Shown one piece after another: positions 12,151 to 26,394 of a stretch of DNA of 64,000 nucleotides (within the stretch, counting starts at the first letter, position 1; every line of letters starts with the position of its first letter). Origin of the DNA: Octopus sinensis. Its lineage: Eukaryota. A program made the position numbers and the translations under genes. The stretch covers positions 40,114,001-40,178,000 of the forward strand of contig NC_043002.1 of NCBI RefSeq assembly GCF_006345805.1. Direction: 5' to 3'. The notes below the pieces were generated by a model. It did not search any database and was not told the DNA's origin. It saw nothing but the letters and a program-made list of their open reading frames with translations.

Positions 12151-12770
12151 GTGTGCGTGCGTGTGTGTTGCAGTCTCTTTGCCTTGATTTCATGTGACAG
12201 TCGTAAACAAATGTTATCCGTTTACAATCTTCCAGAAAACCCTATCTAATCATAGGGAATATTACCTTACTTGGCAACAGGAAGGGTATCCATTTCTAGA
12301 CCTGCCTCGACAACTTCTGTCTGACCCATGCAAGCATTGTAGTCTTTTTCTCTTTTCCATAAGCAGTAAAGCAAAACTAGAAATATAGGAATTAAGTGTT
12401 TACTACAATTAAGAATAGGGATAAAATGCTTCCTCTATATATTATTTTGACATTTCCTCCTGGTTATTTACAAAGATCCCAGATGCATGAAGCGACGCCC
12501 CCAAACTGGGAGCTACCTAAATTACCGACGTCTACACATGCATGTATTATATACGTAGACTAATTCTCTCGCTGCAGAGGTAAAAGATTTTTATACTTAA
12601 AGGTGGTCCCAGTGATCAAGATCAGTCATGCCTTTTATTTCTTTTTAACCTTTGATTTGCACAAATTTTCTATTTGTTATGTTTATATTTTTGTAGAATT
12701 TTCTGTTCGTTGTGTTTTTGTAAAGTTATTCGTTTGTCGTGTATGTTTATTGAACTTTTGAAGTAAGTAA

Positions 12771-12822
<52 letters not shown>

Positions 12823-12899
12823 TTGCTAGATTTCGAATGCTTAAACGCCGTACACGAAACTCTCTGCCCTTGAGTCATATTTGTAACTTTTAGCTGATT

Positions 12900-12996
12900 A
12901 ATATATACTAGCTAACTGGATGTGTAATTCACTATCGCGCGACTAAAGTGTAACGTGAGAAAGGAAATAAGTCAATATAAGTGTTTGTGTGCACGC

Positions 12997-13063
<67 letters not shown>

Positions 13064-13700
13064 CTGATAGGCGCAACTTGCAAATCCCAGTCAAAATAAA
13101 TTTGACTCTGCTATCAGTAATATAGATACACCAACAGTAATTACTGCTCAGTTCTCATCCTTAGAAGTGCTTTAAAATAAGAACATCATTCATATATACA
13201 TATACATACACGCACACACCCACATACGCACGCATATGTGTATACTGAGTTTCATGCGCGCGACGGACAGCGTGAAATGTAATTAGTCAATGAGTGCGAC
13301 AACAACGAAGAGGTGGAGGAAACCGGTTAAGGCAAGGTTTCGTAGTTGGTACAAACGATGCGCTTTCATTAACAACGAGAAATCCTTTGCAATGTGGAAC
13401 TGTAATGAGTAACTCTCTTTTACAGAAAACTACAAAAGCGCTATAGGATGGCGGTAAACGAACATTGGATATACCGTGGAGAAGGCAACGTAAATATGGT
13501 TCTATCAGATATCAAGGTAAATTTATTCTAGATTCTACTCTGTCTATCCGATTGCAGCAGTTTTGATCATTACTGTATTATCTTGTCTTTTTTCCTCTTC
13601 CTTGTGGATTATGTGTTTTCGTTGTTACAGTAATTTTGTTATTGCGAAACCGCATACGTGAAGCAACCTTTGACAGTGGGTAATTTAATTTTCGCTATGA
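12900..13700 (+). promoter_or_regulatory. CpG-rich promoter/5' region of IPPK
   Basis: Unique sequence with roughly 25 CpGs in 13201-13700 (e.g. GCGCGCGACGG, TATCGCGCGAC) against near absence in typical intronic unique sequence. It lies immediately around the start codon. Confidence 0.55.
13448..13516 (+). CDS. IPPK: IPPK coding exon 1 (MAVNEHWIYRGEGNVNMVLSDIK)
   Basis: ATG at 13448 with an in-frame TGA upstream at 13406. The G-loop motif W-x-Y-x-GEGN matches vertebrate WGYHGEGN. Donor AAG|gtaaat, phase 0. Confidence 0.93.
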
Positions 13701-14599
13701 AATTTCGAAAAATATTACTGAATTTTAATTATTACAGTGTAAATTTTAAAATAGTTTAATGTCTTAATGTTACTTGATTAAAGTATTCTTCTATGATGCA
13801 TTTTTTTAATTAACTGTAATGTTACTCACAGATTCTTAGAATATTCTGTTTTCACACATGTTAACATGGTATAATTATATCGATAATTAAACAATTAAAT
13901 ACATCTAATGAAGAAAGAACTACAATTAATATGAGCTAGAAGGAAAGTCAAAAATCGTAATTTGTTAAAATTTCTTTTCTAATTTGCTAACTTAAAGTTA
14001 CATTTATAATATTTGATTTTACACTAAAATCATTCATTTTTGCTGTACTCTTAACAGTTGAATTGAATGTTAAATCGACCAATAGCTTCTACCCATCCAC
14101 ATTTCTCTGTCCTATAGATTACGTTTGTATGAAACATCAACAAAGAAACTGCTGTTTACTCATTCGTAATTGGAGTTTGATAAAAAAAAAAAAATTGAAA
14201 TCTCCGTTCATATTTCGTTTTACTTTTAAATGGGAAAATTACATGAGGGATTGGGAATTTTTAAGTGTTAATTATTAAAAGTTTACAAGAACAAAGTATG
14301 TTTAGTATTTTTATCGCGGAATAGAAACGATTTAAAAATTATATAAATTTTGTTTCTTAATGTATGTAGAGTCGATAAAATAAATACCAGTAATCCATTC
14401 TACTACATTCTTCCTTAATAAATTTCTGGCTTGCCTCTAACTTTGCAATCATATCTATTTTCAGATATGTATCATACGTATGTTTTCTTTAAGTTACCAA
14501 AGCCATTATTCATTTACATGTTCTAAATTAAGGCTGGATCCAAGTTAGTGCGTATAGTTCTGCACATAAACATTTCTTTGTCGCGAAAAAGATTTATTT

Positions 14600-14680
<81 letters not shown>

Positions 14681-15564
14681 GGCCGGGAAATTTTTACTTA
14701 GCACCCTAGAGTACAATCCATTTTCATTTTCACTCCACCTTATATATATATGCGTATGTATGTGTGTGATCGAATAGCGATTGTAAAATTCGTCTAAAAA
14801 ATTTTCTGGATTATTTAATTTTGTCAATCTCCATATTGTTAATTTCAATTTCGGTAAGGAACTGTAATTTGTTTATGCAGTATGGTTTTGATGTAGATTT
14901 TTATCTGCGAGATTGCACGCTTGATGGTCTGAGGTTTCATATGTTTACAAACTGAACTAATGTATATTAGAAGAAAAAAAACTAAGCAACCGGTTTTCAT
15001 AGATAAAGGACAATAATTTGTAAAAGGAAAAAAACAAAAGAAACTTAATAAGTTTTTATTATAGATTTACTCAATTCAGTTTCTTTTGCTCTTTTTCTGT
15101 CTTTTTTCTTCTTTTTATCAACACAGATAAAGGAAACGATTGCAATGTTAATAAATAAATCGGGATTATATTTTGTTTTTGTTAAATCTATTTGACAATG
15201 TGCTCTTCTGTAAGACATTAGATTTTATATTATTCCGAGAATAACTTTATTTTCATCTGCTTCGGGGAAATGTCATTTTTGATTACCCACATGCCAAGCC
15301 TCAAAAATATGAATAAACTGTATAGTATTAATTGTTGCCGATATTCTGTTTACTCTGAATTTCAGATTTTACATGTGAATTATTGTTGGATGCTTAATAT
15401 TGTTGTTTCCACCTTACCGACTGTGACGGAAATAAAATAACTTATGCTAATAAGAGGCTTTAGCAAGTTTTGAACTCGTGGTGTTTTTAGTCTTTACTTC
15501 GTATCTGCGGTGCCTCGTTTATTTATATTTAGATTTGGTTTTTATTTACATTAGGTTTTAATTA

Positions 15565-15760
15565 TTAGACATTAAATGTCGGGGTGAAAATCAGAATCCC
15601 AGGAAACTGATAATGGATTGTGTCGACAACTTCATCAATAGAAGAGTAGAAGGATTCAGTTAATTGAATTGGTGTTATCAGTGAATACCCTAACATTTTG
15701 GGTCTTTGCCTCTCATCTGAAAGTGGGGAAGAGAGAGAAAGTAGTGTTGTTGCCTGCACT
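15565..15760 (-). mobile_element. Old LINE (L2/Jockey-like) AP-endonuclease fragment
   Basis: FYSSIDEVVDTIHYQFPGILIFTPTFNV resembles the helix-plus-GDFN region of LINE endonucleases. Weak, by-eye similarity. Confidence 0.35.
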
Positions 15761-16291
15761 GTCCGCTCTTCACGACAATTGAATTAATCGAAATCTACTC
15801 TCCTGTTGTTAGGGAAACAGAATTTAATGTGGTAGTGAGTTATAAAGAAAATCAGTGCTTTTCGGTGAGATTAAACCTGATCGCCACTGAATCTGCATTG
15901 GTACGGGAGACAGAAATGATAACAATAGAAGGAACAGATGCTTTTGAATACTAATAGTAAACACACACCCACTCACTCTTTATCTTATATTGGCAAGTGA
16001 TGTTTAAAGTATTGATCAGCTGTATGCCAGCAGGCCTACAAGTATGTACTGCCAATTGAATATTTGGTGATGAATCATGAACTTATGGGGCCTAATTTCA
16101 CAGCAATAATAAATACATGCAGATATGACTATTTAGTCGAAACCGATCAAATAGATAACTTTATTCACTTATTTCACTCCTTCATCTGGTGTAATACTGA
16201 TACTTATTTTATAAATTCACAACAGGATTAATAAGCTGAAGAATTAACTATAACAGAATTTCAATAGATATCATTAAACAAACCATTGATA

Positions 16292-16673
16292 GGCGTAGGA
16301 GTGGCTGTGTGGTAAGTAGCTTGCTTACGAACCACATGGTTCCGGGTTCAGTCCCACTGCGTTGCACCTTGGGCAAGTGTCTTCTACTATAACCTCGAGC
16401 AAACCAAAGCCTTGTGAGTGGATTTGGTAGACGGAAACTGAAAGAAGCCCGTCGTATATATATATATATGTGTGTGTGTGTGTTTGTCCCCCCCAACATC
16501 GCATGACAACCGATGCTGGTGTGTTTACGTCCCCGTAACTTAGCGGTTCGGCAAAAGAGACCGATAGAATAAGTACTAGACTTACAAAGAATAAGTCATG
16601 GGGTCGATTTGCTCGACTAAAGGCGGTGCTCCAGCATAGCCACAGTCAAATGACTGAAACAAGTAAAAGAGTA
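16292..16673 (+). mobile_element. tRNA-headed SINE family A, full length
   Basis: GGCGTAGGAGTGGCTGTGTGGTAAG head, B-box-like GGTTCAGTCCC, internal (TA)(TG) tract, tail TGACTGAAACAAGTAAAAGA. At least a dozen related copies in the window. Confidence 0.9.
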
Positions 16674-18450
16674 AGGTATTTAGAAAGTCAATTGTGACAC
16701 TGGGATCGATGCCTGACCCTTTAGAACCTTATTTAGTTTCATTAAACCTTTTTGCAATCCTTCCTTGTCTTTAGTGACACTAACTCTTAAGACAGTCGCT
16801 GGAATGTTTATTCAAGCTGTGCTGCTAATAAACTGCTATTCTCTTATTTTGTCGTTTATAAGTTGCCTTTTGCTGTTTTTCAATTGTGAACTGTTTTTCT
16901 CATGTTACCTATTTTACTAATTGGTCTGAACGAATCAGTTGAGTGTCTTTAAGACCAATGACAGGAGACAAGCATTACTTAGCACATGAGGACAAGATTC
17001 TGCCTGCCAACTTGACTAACTGTGACATAAACATATTACTCTATCCTTTAACTATATGTAGTATTTGTTTTATAAACTTACAATTTCATCTTGTTTTCAT
17101 ACAGTCTATTTGGTAAAATAGCTATTACAATATAAACAGACAATTTAATGGTCTGCATCTCCTAGATTTTACACAATGTTATCAGTTCTGTATTCTTCCA
17201 ACATTAGTGTACAGTGACGAATGTTGATGCATTAATCCATTTTAATGTGCCCATAGTTTAATTAAAGCATTTCATAATTTTATGTGAAGAAACTCTTAAC
17301 TAAAACATGCTTATACACTCAACATTAAACTTAACAATCTGCAAAAATTTCTCACACTTCATGCTTGGCTGGTGTGCAGTAAGTGCCTTAGTTAAGCAGT
17401 CAAGTTTGTCTGGTAGTAAGAGACAACCTCCATCTAAACTTATTTTTGTTTCAACCACACCTCCATCTTCCATCATTGCTATCATCTTATTATGCACATG
17501 AGCAATATTTACTTCACAAAACTACATTCTCAAAAACTTTTTCACCTGTTTTCTACTAAATAGCAATCACAAAAGTTCATACTAAACATTAACTCTATAA
17601 AAATTACCAGAGAATCCTTATTCTTCAGTTTGATGGATCCTGGAAATCTTCTGATTAAACTGTAAAAACATTCTCCAAAATTTTAATCAAAAAGCTAAAT
17701 TTTATTTCACTTTGTTTTGTTTGGATTTTTATTCCTTGAGGTACTAGAAAGCAAATTTGCTTCTGAGATAACTTCAGAACCGTTATCATACCAGACAAAA
17801 TGCTTAGCAGCATTTTGTTCATCTTTAAATCCTGAGTTTAAATTCTGCTGAGGTCAACTTTGCCTTTCCTTCTTTCATGAGTCAGTGAAATAAGTACCAG
17901 TTTTATACTGTTACACCCTGGGGTCTATATAATCAACTAGTCCCCCCACCACCACCACCAATTTCAGACCTTGGGCTTATAATAGAAAGGATTATTGTGA
18001 TATGGTGGGTATCGGAATTAGCAATAGTCTGATCAAAATGTCTTGTAGCATTCAGTTGTATCATTACACTTTGAATTCACATTCAACTTTAACACATAAA
18101 GCACAACGGGCCGTGAGCATGGCCCAGATAGATGCATTTAATTTATGGGCATTTGTTGGGGTCTGATATCACTCAAATGCTCCAGTACCCCCCAGAATGA
18201 AAGAAGACTAATAGTTCAACTAATGACTTTTCAGGTGATGTAAAACTTGCCACCATTATATACTAAGAAGATATTTTAACTATTTTTTTGTTTTTTATGT
18301 GTGCACGGCAGTCTCATTTTCATAAAATGTGCTCAGCAGACCATGCTATGTAAGTGCAAATTCCAGTGCTTTATGGGTTAACTTTCATCTTTCCTGAACC
18401 AATAAAATAAGTTTCCTATAGACTGCTTGTATCTTTTAGAAGAGTATGAA

Positions 18451-18681
18451 GGCAGCAAGCTGGCAGAAAGGTTAGCACACCAGGCGAAATGCTTAGCGGT
18501 ATTTCGTCTGCCGTTACGTTCTGAGTTCAAATTCCGCCGAGGTCGACTTTGCCTTTCATCCTTTCGGGGTCGATAAATTAAGTACCAGTTACACACTGGG
18601 GTTGATCTAATTGGCATAATCCCTTTGTCTGTCCTTGCTTGTCCCCTCTATGTTTAGCTCCTTGTGGGCAATAAAGAAATA
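18451..18681 (+). mobile_element. SINE family B (CORE-like), full length with 13-bp TSD
   Basis: TSD AGAAGAGTATGAA at 18438-18450 and 18682-18694. Central GAGGTCGACTTTGCCTTTCATCCTTTCGGGGTCGATAAA. Confidence 0.9.
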
Positions 18682-18739
18682 AGAAGAGTATGAACATCAA
18701 AATCACATTTTCCTTCTCTTATGAACCTGATGCCTTTCT

Positions 18740-19020
18740 CATCATCACATTATCGTTTAATGTTCACTTTCCATGCTGGCATGGGTTGGACGGTTTGACT
18801 GGGGACTGGCGAGCCAGATGGCTGCACCAGGCTCCAATCTGATCTGGCAGAGTTTCTACAGCTGGATGTTCTTCCTAACACCAACCACTCCGAGAGTACT
18901 GGGTGCTTTTATGTGCCACCAGCATAAGGGCTAGTCAGGCAGTACTGGCAATGGCCATGCTCAAATGGTGTTTTTTATGTGTCACCTACACAGGAACCAG
19001 TCCAGCAGCACTGGCAACGA
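18740..19020 (-). mobile_element. RTE-LINE 3' UTR tail
   Basis: Reverse complement of the family tail. Confidence 0.8.
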
Positions 19021-22000
19021 CCTGTAAGAAATTATATTTAATTCTTAAAACTATCGAGTTTGTTTATTACTCTGAAGAACATAGGATACATGTTCCTATG
19101 AATTTGAAAGGTTTAGGATTTTGTCAGTGAAGATAATATTTAAAGACAAATACTGTGATAATAGGTTTAGTTTTTCAATTGAAGAACTCTTTTAAAATAA
19201 CTTAAAAGCACTCTCTCAACTCCTGCCACAAGTCTATGGTTTTGTTCAATTAGCCAATTTCAGTTCAAAACTATCTTTGTTTATGTCAATTGCAGCATGT
19301 TCCACTGTAGACATTTAGTTGATTAGCTAGTAACAACTATACAACTGAATCTCACTCATTATAAAAGTTCCAGACTATTGTTTACCATGAATAGAAATCA
19401 GGTTTGTTATGATGCCATTTTGGCCAAGGTAAGTGAGTTTTGTCTGTTAATAAGTTGATTACAATGATTTGCTTTGAATACTCCTGGCTTTCAATGAAAA
19501 TTCTATTATAATTATACAATGCTTGTATTTCCTTTGCTGTAATTAACAAAAGAGGTTTGCGTATCATGTGATTTGGGATGTTATTTATTTTTTTTTGTAT
19601 TTTTTAACCAATACACTTGAGGTTTTTGTGTGTTATATTTTTAATCTTTTCTGCGCATTGGGTTTTGGTTAAAAAAAAGTGAGGATAAATACATTACTTG
19701 CAAAGAATTCTCAAACCAGTTTTTCCAAGCAATTTTTTTTCTTTTTTCCAGTGATTGGCATTGCATGAGCTTGATAAAACAAAATTAGATTTGCTCTATA
19801 TGTTAAAAATTTATCTCACTTCAGGGTCAGTTGATTTTTGTTTGCTTTGGACTCTATCATAAAAACTAGCTAACAGGAGTCTATTATTTCCAGCAAGCCA
19901 TCCTCAACAGTCTTTGGTCTGCAGTTCATGACTGTTCCTGTTTATAATTATTATCCTAATGCATCTAATTATTCTTAGAAGTTTTGCTTCACTGCGGTTT
20001 TACAAGAAATTATATTCCATCTATTGTGTCGTATTTGTTTTTGTTAATGCCTCCACCAGTAATAAATTTGCAGAAAATATAACCCATTATACAGTTATTA
20101 CAGCACTTTGCCATTAACACTGCCAAGTCAAGGCTGCATCAAAGAAGACATTCATGATAGAAGCAAGCATTCTGTTTTGGGTGACATGCCTGATATTAGT
20201 ACCTAGAATTTTCACCATCTCCTGTTTTTTGAGTGCCTTTTCCAGTTTATTTAGACCAGTTTATTCCTACCAATAGTGACCTGTAGATTTTTACATTGGG
20301 CATAGGTCATATTCTCACCAATGTAAGAGAGTTTGCATAGTGTTTCCTTCTTTAACTTAAGAAAAAAAAGAGGCAGGAAATCCTTCATTCATCATAGACA
20401 AATGATTCTTTTTAACCTGAGGTTGAACAGCAACCATGAACCTTGTCCTCTCAGGATCCCCTGAAACCACTATATTAATTGTCCTGAACTTCAGTATATG
20501 TAGCCATGTATTGGCAGGAAGTCATGGAAAATTCCATTGATTGTACAAATGAAGCTGTAATATGTTTGGATGGAATTCAAGTCAAGTTATCTGATATGTT
20601 GTGGCCTATTTCTCATTACTGAACTTACACAGTTTCAATTCTAAACCCCACTACAAGCTCCCTGGATTTTTTCACTTCATTCCTTATTCTGACTACAATG
20701 CTTTTTTTAAAAGCCAACTCTATTCAGATGTGGCAGCATACTACAATGAAGTAAAATGATCTTTACTGTTTTGTATCGATAACTTGTGGCCATCATGACA
20801 TTAAGATTGTGTACTGAATAATTTAAGATCCTTAAATCACATTCTATTGATAATATATAATCTGGCTTATGTCAATCAACAATTATTTGTTGTGGCCACA
20901 AATACCTTGCTTTTTTTCTCACACATTTTACTTGTTTCAGTCATTAGACTGTGGCCATACTGGGGCACCATCTTCATGAATTGTAGTCAAATGAATCAAC
21001 CCCAGTACTTATTTCTTTTTAAGCCTGGTACTTATTTTATCAGTCTCTTTTGTCAAACTACCAAGTTAAAAGGACATGAACACACACACACACATATATA
21101 CTGGGTGTATATATACACCCTTCAATTTCCATCTACCAAGTCCACTCACAAGGCTTTGGTCAGCCCAAGGCTGTAGAAGACACTTGCCCAAGATACCACT
21201 GTGTGACACCTTGGGTAAGTGTCTCTTTATATATGGTTCTAGGTTCAGTGGAACTAAACCTAGAACTATGTGGTTGAGAGTCACACTTGCATCACACACT
21301 TAAACTTTTATATTTTCTATGTTCTTGAGCATTTGATGGATTTGTAAATGAAAGCTTTTTTTTTTTGCTCTTTTAACTAGATTATTGGAATGGATGTTAG
21401 CTGTTCTCAAATTAATTTACAATGTTAAATATGTGTAGTTGATGCATCTGTTACACTGTAAAGCATGTAGCTTTACTACTTATAGCGTAAGTCTACAAGT
21501 GAGCCTCTACACATTTGCTTAATATGCTAGGAATAATAACCAGATCTCCCTCAAATGATACCTACCATCTTAAAGGGAAAATGAATGTAGATCTAGATAT
21601 ACAAAATAGATGGGATGGTTACAATTGAAACACCTTAAACCTAGTGTTGAAAAACAACTTCATTTAGCTGTGAAGTAGTTTCCACTCCCCCTCACTTGAG
21701 TGGCTACTGTTAGAATGGCATTCTGAAGGAAAGAGTTAGAAATTTTACTGATTGTAAATGACCAAATATACAAGTACACAAAAATGTTGTCTTCAAAATA
21801 GCTTTTAAAACTCATTACAAACCTTATTTGCTCTTCCAAACTTGCTATCTGCATTCCTCATATGGATCTCTGTGTTGCACCTCTTCCTGTGTTTCTTTCT
21901 CACTAATATGTATGTGCATGCACACATATATATTTGTGTATGTGCATGTACATATACATGTCTATGTGAGTATGTCATATGTGGACGTTATGAACGCAGG

Positions 22001-22200
22001 AGGTTTTATGTCTATGTATTGTGAGAATATGGTTGCATGTATTTTTTATCCTTTATATTTATTCCCTAACTTCCCTTTTATTCTAACGGTTCTTTCATAT
22101 TCTACAACTGGATGACCGTCCTGTTACCAAACCTCCACCTGTTTCCAAACCTGAAGACTAGAAACAAACAGTATATACATCTCTCTCTCTCTCTCTCATG

Positions 22201-22450
22201 GCACTCTGTCAGTTACACCGAGGGTTCTAGTAGGAACAGCCTACTCATGAAATTAACGTGGAAGTAGCTGAGAATTCCACAGGCACATGTACCCTTCACA
22301 TAATTCACAGGGGAGAATCAACTTGACAGAATGTGACGGGGCTGGCTCTTTAAAGTATGGGTACAACTCATTTTTGCCATCTGAATGGACTGGAGCAATG
22401 TGAAATAAAGTGTTTTGCTCAAGGGCACAACATGCCATCAGGAATTAACC
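22201..22450 (-). mobile_element. SINE family C, diverged
   Basis: Similar to 27191-27514. Confidence 0.75.
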
Positions 22451-22603
22451 TATGAGTCATTCCTTTTTTTTTTTTTTTTTTTAGTAATGTATGATTTGAG
22501 AAAGACTTGATTGCTGTTTCTCATAAAACAACCAAATGTGTATGATTTTGGTTCATACAGTCATACTTTTATTGATTTTTTTTTTCAATGTTTTTATTTC
22601 CAG

Positions 22604-22669
22604 CAAAAGAAAGTATACCGTTTCGTGAAGACTAATGTAAAATGTGAAAACAATTTTGAGCATAACAAA
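22604..22669 (+). CDS. IPPK: IPPK coding exon 2 (QKKVYRFVKTNVKCENNFEHNK)
   Basis: Polypyrimidine tract plus cag acceptor, donor gtaagt, 66 nt, phase 0-0. Aligns to the vertebrate RCVVLRFLK segment. Confidence 0.85.
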
Positions 22670-22685
22670 GTAAGTTCATGTTTAT

Positions 22686-22751
<66 letters not shown>

Positions 22752-23824
22752 ATTGTGATTGACATTGTTACAACTCTTAAGTATTGAAATGGAACTTATG
22801 AAGCATTTGAGGTAAAAGAAAATACTTAAAGTTTGCATATCCATACAAGATCATTAGCATTGTAATAATTTTACATTTGTTTTTCCATTATAGCATGGGT
22901 TGGTTAGGTCTTCCAGCTCAGCATTTACTACTTGCAGTATGTTATCATCTCCTTTGTGAGGTTCAACCCCCAGGGATCAACTTTCACTATTTGCTATTTG
23001 TCTCCATGTTTTTTTTTCATATTTGGTACTTCTTTACACAACTCATCCCCCATACACATCACATGCCTATGCCAGTGCAGTCTCATTGCTCGCACCCTCC
23101 TTCTTATTTCTTTTATTCTTTTTTTTTTCTCGACACACTTGTGCTCTATCATTAATGCACAATAACCTTACACATCTAGCAGAGTATACTCACTTCATCT
23201 CTTTCCAATCTTCATATATCCCCTGTTATCAATGCCACTGTTTCACTCCCATGCAAAATTACACTTCATAGAAAAGCAGTAAGCAATTTGCTTTTCACTT
23301 AAAGAGAGAATCCCTTTTCTTGCCTAAGGTGTTGTGCAGTGAAATAAACTATGGTAGTAAAGCTAAACTTGTAGCCATAGTCATGCCAACACATTCACAC
23401 ACTCACCTATTTGTGCCTGTACAAACACACACCCTTCTTCAACATGGTCATAGTATATAGAATGTATTACTTGTAATTATCTTATAGAGATCAGAGCAAT
23501 AAGATCCTGTTGGGATTTGAACTCAGAATGCAGAGAAAACCCAATGATTCTAAGAACACTAGATCTTGTGAAAGAAGTAGAGCAACTGAATCCTAAACAA
23601 TTTTAGTATCTGTGAAATTCAACTGATTCTCCCACTTGGAAAATTTTATATAGTAAAAAGCAAATGTGATCCCCGTAGCACCTTACATAGGGTTATTACC
23701 AGGGTATGTCCTTTGTAATATACTGCAACAGAGCATTAATGTACCAGATAAAGGTCTCTTTGTTTTTGGTATTTGAGAAGCATCGTTCATTAAATTATAT
23801 TAATATATTACTAGTATAATGAAG

Positions 23825-24135
23825 GCACATGGCTCAGTGGTTAGAGCGTCAGGTTCACAATCATGAGGTAGTAAGTTTGATTCCCGGATATGGTTGTGTG
23901 TTGTGTTCTTGAGGAAAGCACTTTATTTCACATTGCTCCAGTTCACTCAGCTGTAGAAATTAGTTGCAATGTTACTGGTGCCATACTGTATCGTCCTTTG
24001 CCTTTCTCTTGGATAACATCAGTGGCATGGAGAAGAGAGGTTGGTATGCATGGGTGACAGCTGGACTTCTATAAACAACCTTGCCTGGACTTGTACCTCA
24101 GAGAGTAACTTTCTAGGTGCAATTCCATGGTCTTT
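23825..24135 (+). mobile_element. tRNA-headed SINE family D
   Basis: GGCACATGGCTCAGTGGTTAGAGCG head. The body is shared with 27645, 36376 and 40795. Confidence 0.8.
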
Positions 24136-24512
24136 ACTGTTTTTAGTACTAGTATATTGTAGTGAGGGAGGTTTTACACAGTTAACCCACTTACTAGAAA
24201 AAGTAGCTATATCTCCCTCGTATTGCACTCTACCATCTACTATATCAGATAATGTAGCCTGGAAAAAATAAATGATTATCAGAGATGAAATGCCTTTGCT
24301 TATAAGTCTGTTTGATTAGACTGATTTGGGGCTTAACACCAGAGAGATGAAAGAATAAAAAAAAAAAAAAAAGCACTTTCAGTCATTGCTTCTGCCAGCT
24401 CATCACCATTTTAATAGCAATAAAAGTGATGATGAAGATAACGTCAATCCAGGAAAAAAAGAAAGAAATTTATAAAAGAGTACGAGTTGTATATTTGCCA
24501 TCTTGTTTGTAG

Positions 24513-24611
24513 GAAAGAGCTGACCAAATTCATTGTAAATTACAGAGGACGGTTGATTTTGTGAAAGAAGTTATGCAGCCATTGTTGTCTTCGGTCTATG
24601 TCATTCCACCA
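24513..24611 (+). CDS. IPPK: IPPK coding exon 3 (ERADQIHCKLQRTVDFVKEVMQPLLSSVYVIPP)
   Basis: tgtag acceptor, gtaagt donor, 99 nt. Matches vertebrate EEIFQHLQNIVDFGKNVMKEFLGENYV. Confidence 0.92.
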
Positions 24612-25969
24612 GTAAGTTGCTTTCCTAATTTCCTTTCCCTTAAAGTTTTCCTTGTGACAATAAAAATGTCTTAGTAATATTGATTCCTATTTTTTCAAAA
24701 TGTAAAATTTTCTTGTTTGTTTTCCCAGTCATTATTGAACAGATGTTGATTCTTTTGTGTGTGAAATGAATGTAGATATATGTTTACTTTGAGCAACAAA
24801 ACAAAATGAGAAATTTTCATGGTAGATAGACCATGGAACTCAGTTTTATTGCCGTTAGCATTAAGTAATCTCATTGGGTAGAGAATGTACAATCAATTAG
24901 CAACCTAAAGAGTAAACAATATCAAAAGGTTATATATATATATATATATAAAACCTTTACATACACATACATATGCTTGGTAGTTTGCTAAAAGTATTTA
25001 TTTTGTAGTCAGGGGTTCAAATCTGGTTATATCAACCAATAGTCTAATTAGTATTAACTGAATAAAGTAAGTTTTAATAATTTTATTTACCAAGAATACT
25101 GTCTTAAACTTTCATTTATTATGGATTTTTTGTGGGTGGGTTTTGGTTTTTAATGAGAAATGTGGTCATTCTAGCTTTTAGGTAAGTATGACAAGTCTTT
25201 ATCAAAGTTGTTTGGAAACCATTCCTCTAAACTTCCTTTTACTCTACCACCTCAATTATGTTTTCTTTCCAGACATAATAAGGATAAGCAAGAGCCATGA
25301 ACACTACTCCTCTCTTTTGTACAGTGTAATAAAATTTGTACATTCATTTCTCAAAAAATTTAACCCTTCTTTCCCAACTCCTTCAATATATGTTATTCCA
25401 AAATGATTTTCATACTGTTTTCTTGGCAAGAAGTAAAATTTGGGAAAGCTATAATGCCACTGGAAGTTTATCTTAGAAATATAGAACTTTTCCTTTTAAA
25501 TTCTCAGATTAACATCATTGCTTTCAAGTTCGTCTTCTGGAACATGACATTACTTATTTAAAGTATGTTTCCCAAATTGAGAATTATACCTTAGAAGTTT
25601 ACTTCCAACAATGGTAATCTTTCTCAAATTGTTTAATGAGTCTATTTTATACTAGCTAATGCTTTTAACACCAAAACTCTTATTTTTGTCCATTTTCCCA
25701 AATTTCTTGACAAATCACTTTTCTTTAACATTGCTTAAGTGACTCAAGTTTTTTATCCAACTAATCAAGACCAAATGTGCATTAAGTAGATTGTTTGCAG
25801 TTCCTTTGTTCTGTTGAAAGGCTGATAAGATCTTATCCACTTTCTCCAGTCATTGCATAAATAGAATCCTAGTTATACGAGATTTGAGATCCAATGTCTA
25901 TGTGATTTTAGCTGATATTTTGCAGTTGTTCAGTCTTTCTAATATATATATATTTTATTTTACTTTTAG

Positions 25970-26036
25970 CTGCTTGAAAAAATACCAATAGGTTTTGCTG
26001 AGAAAGTGAATAGAGCTGTAAAAAAGGCTAGACCAG
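25970..26036 (+). CDS. IPPK: IPPK coding exon 4 (LLEKIPIGFAEKVNRAVKKARP)
   Basis: ttttag acceptor, G|gtaaag donor, 67 nt ending in phase 1. Matches VVQLPLEFVKQLCLKIQSERP. Confidence 0.9.
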
Positions 26037-26394
26037 GTAAAGTAATAGCTATATAATTTGAAAGCATGAATATACAAAATGTGTGTCTTTAGCAATCATA
26101 GATTGTATTGACTTATAAAATCATAATGTCTTGAGACTTCTCAGTATTGTTTACTTTCTTATCAATAATTAATTATGCTGTTTGATAAAGAAATATCACT
26201 CAACATAATAGTAAATGTACATATGATTTACCACAATGACAAGCATACATAATTGTTTTTGTTTTTTTTTAGTTTGAAAATATCTAAAAGTCCTCCTCCT
26301 TGTTTACCAAGTCATTTATTCTCTAAAATATGTAAGCAATTGTGATTCCAAAGCAATGGGAATTAGTTTCTAAATATTAATATATGAATAAATT

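Noticed and set aside
12271-12377. Apparent minus-strand exon with ag/gtaagg boundaries
   Set aside because: The sequence resembles the repeat seen at 63900-64000 (GGATACCCTTCCTGTTGCCAA...GGTAATATT), and there is no recognisable protein.
19072-19120. CTGAAGA followed by a CATAGGA/TCCTATG hairpin
   Set aside because: GAAA is displaced by 5 nt and there is no stem I or III. Probably a chance hairpin.
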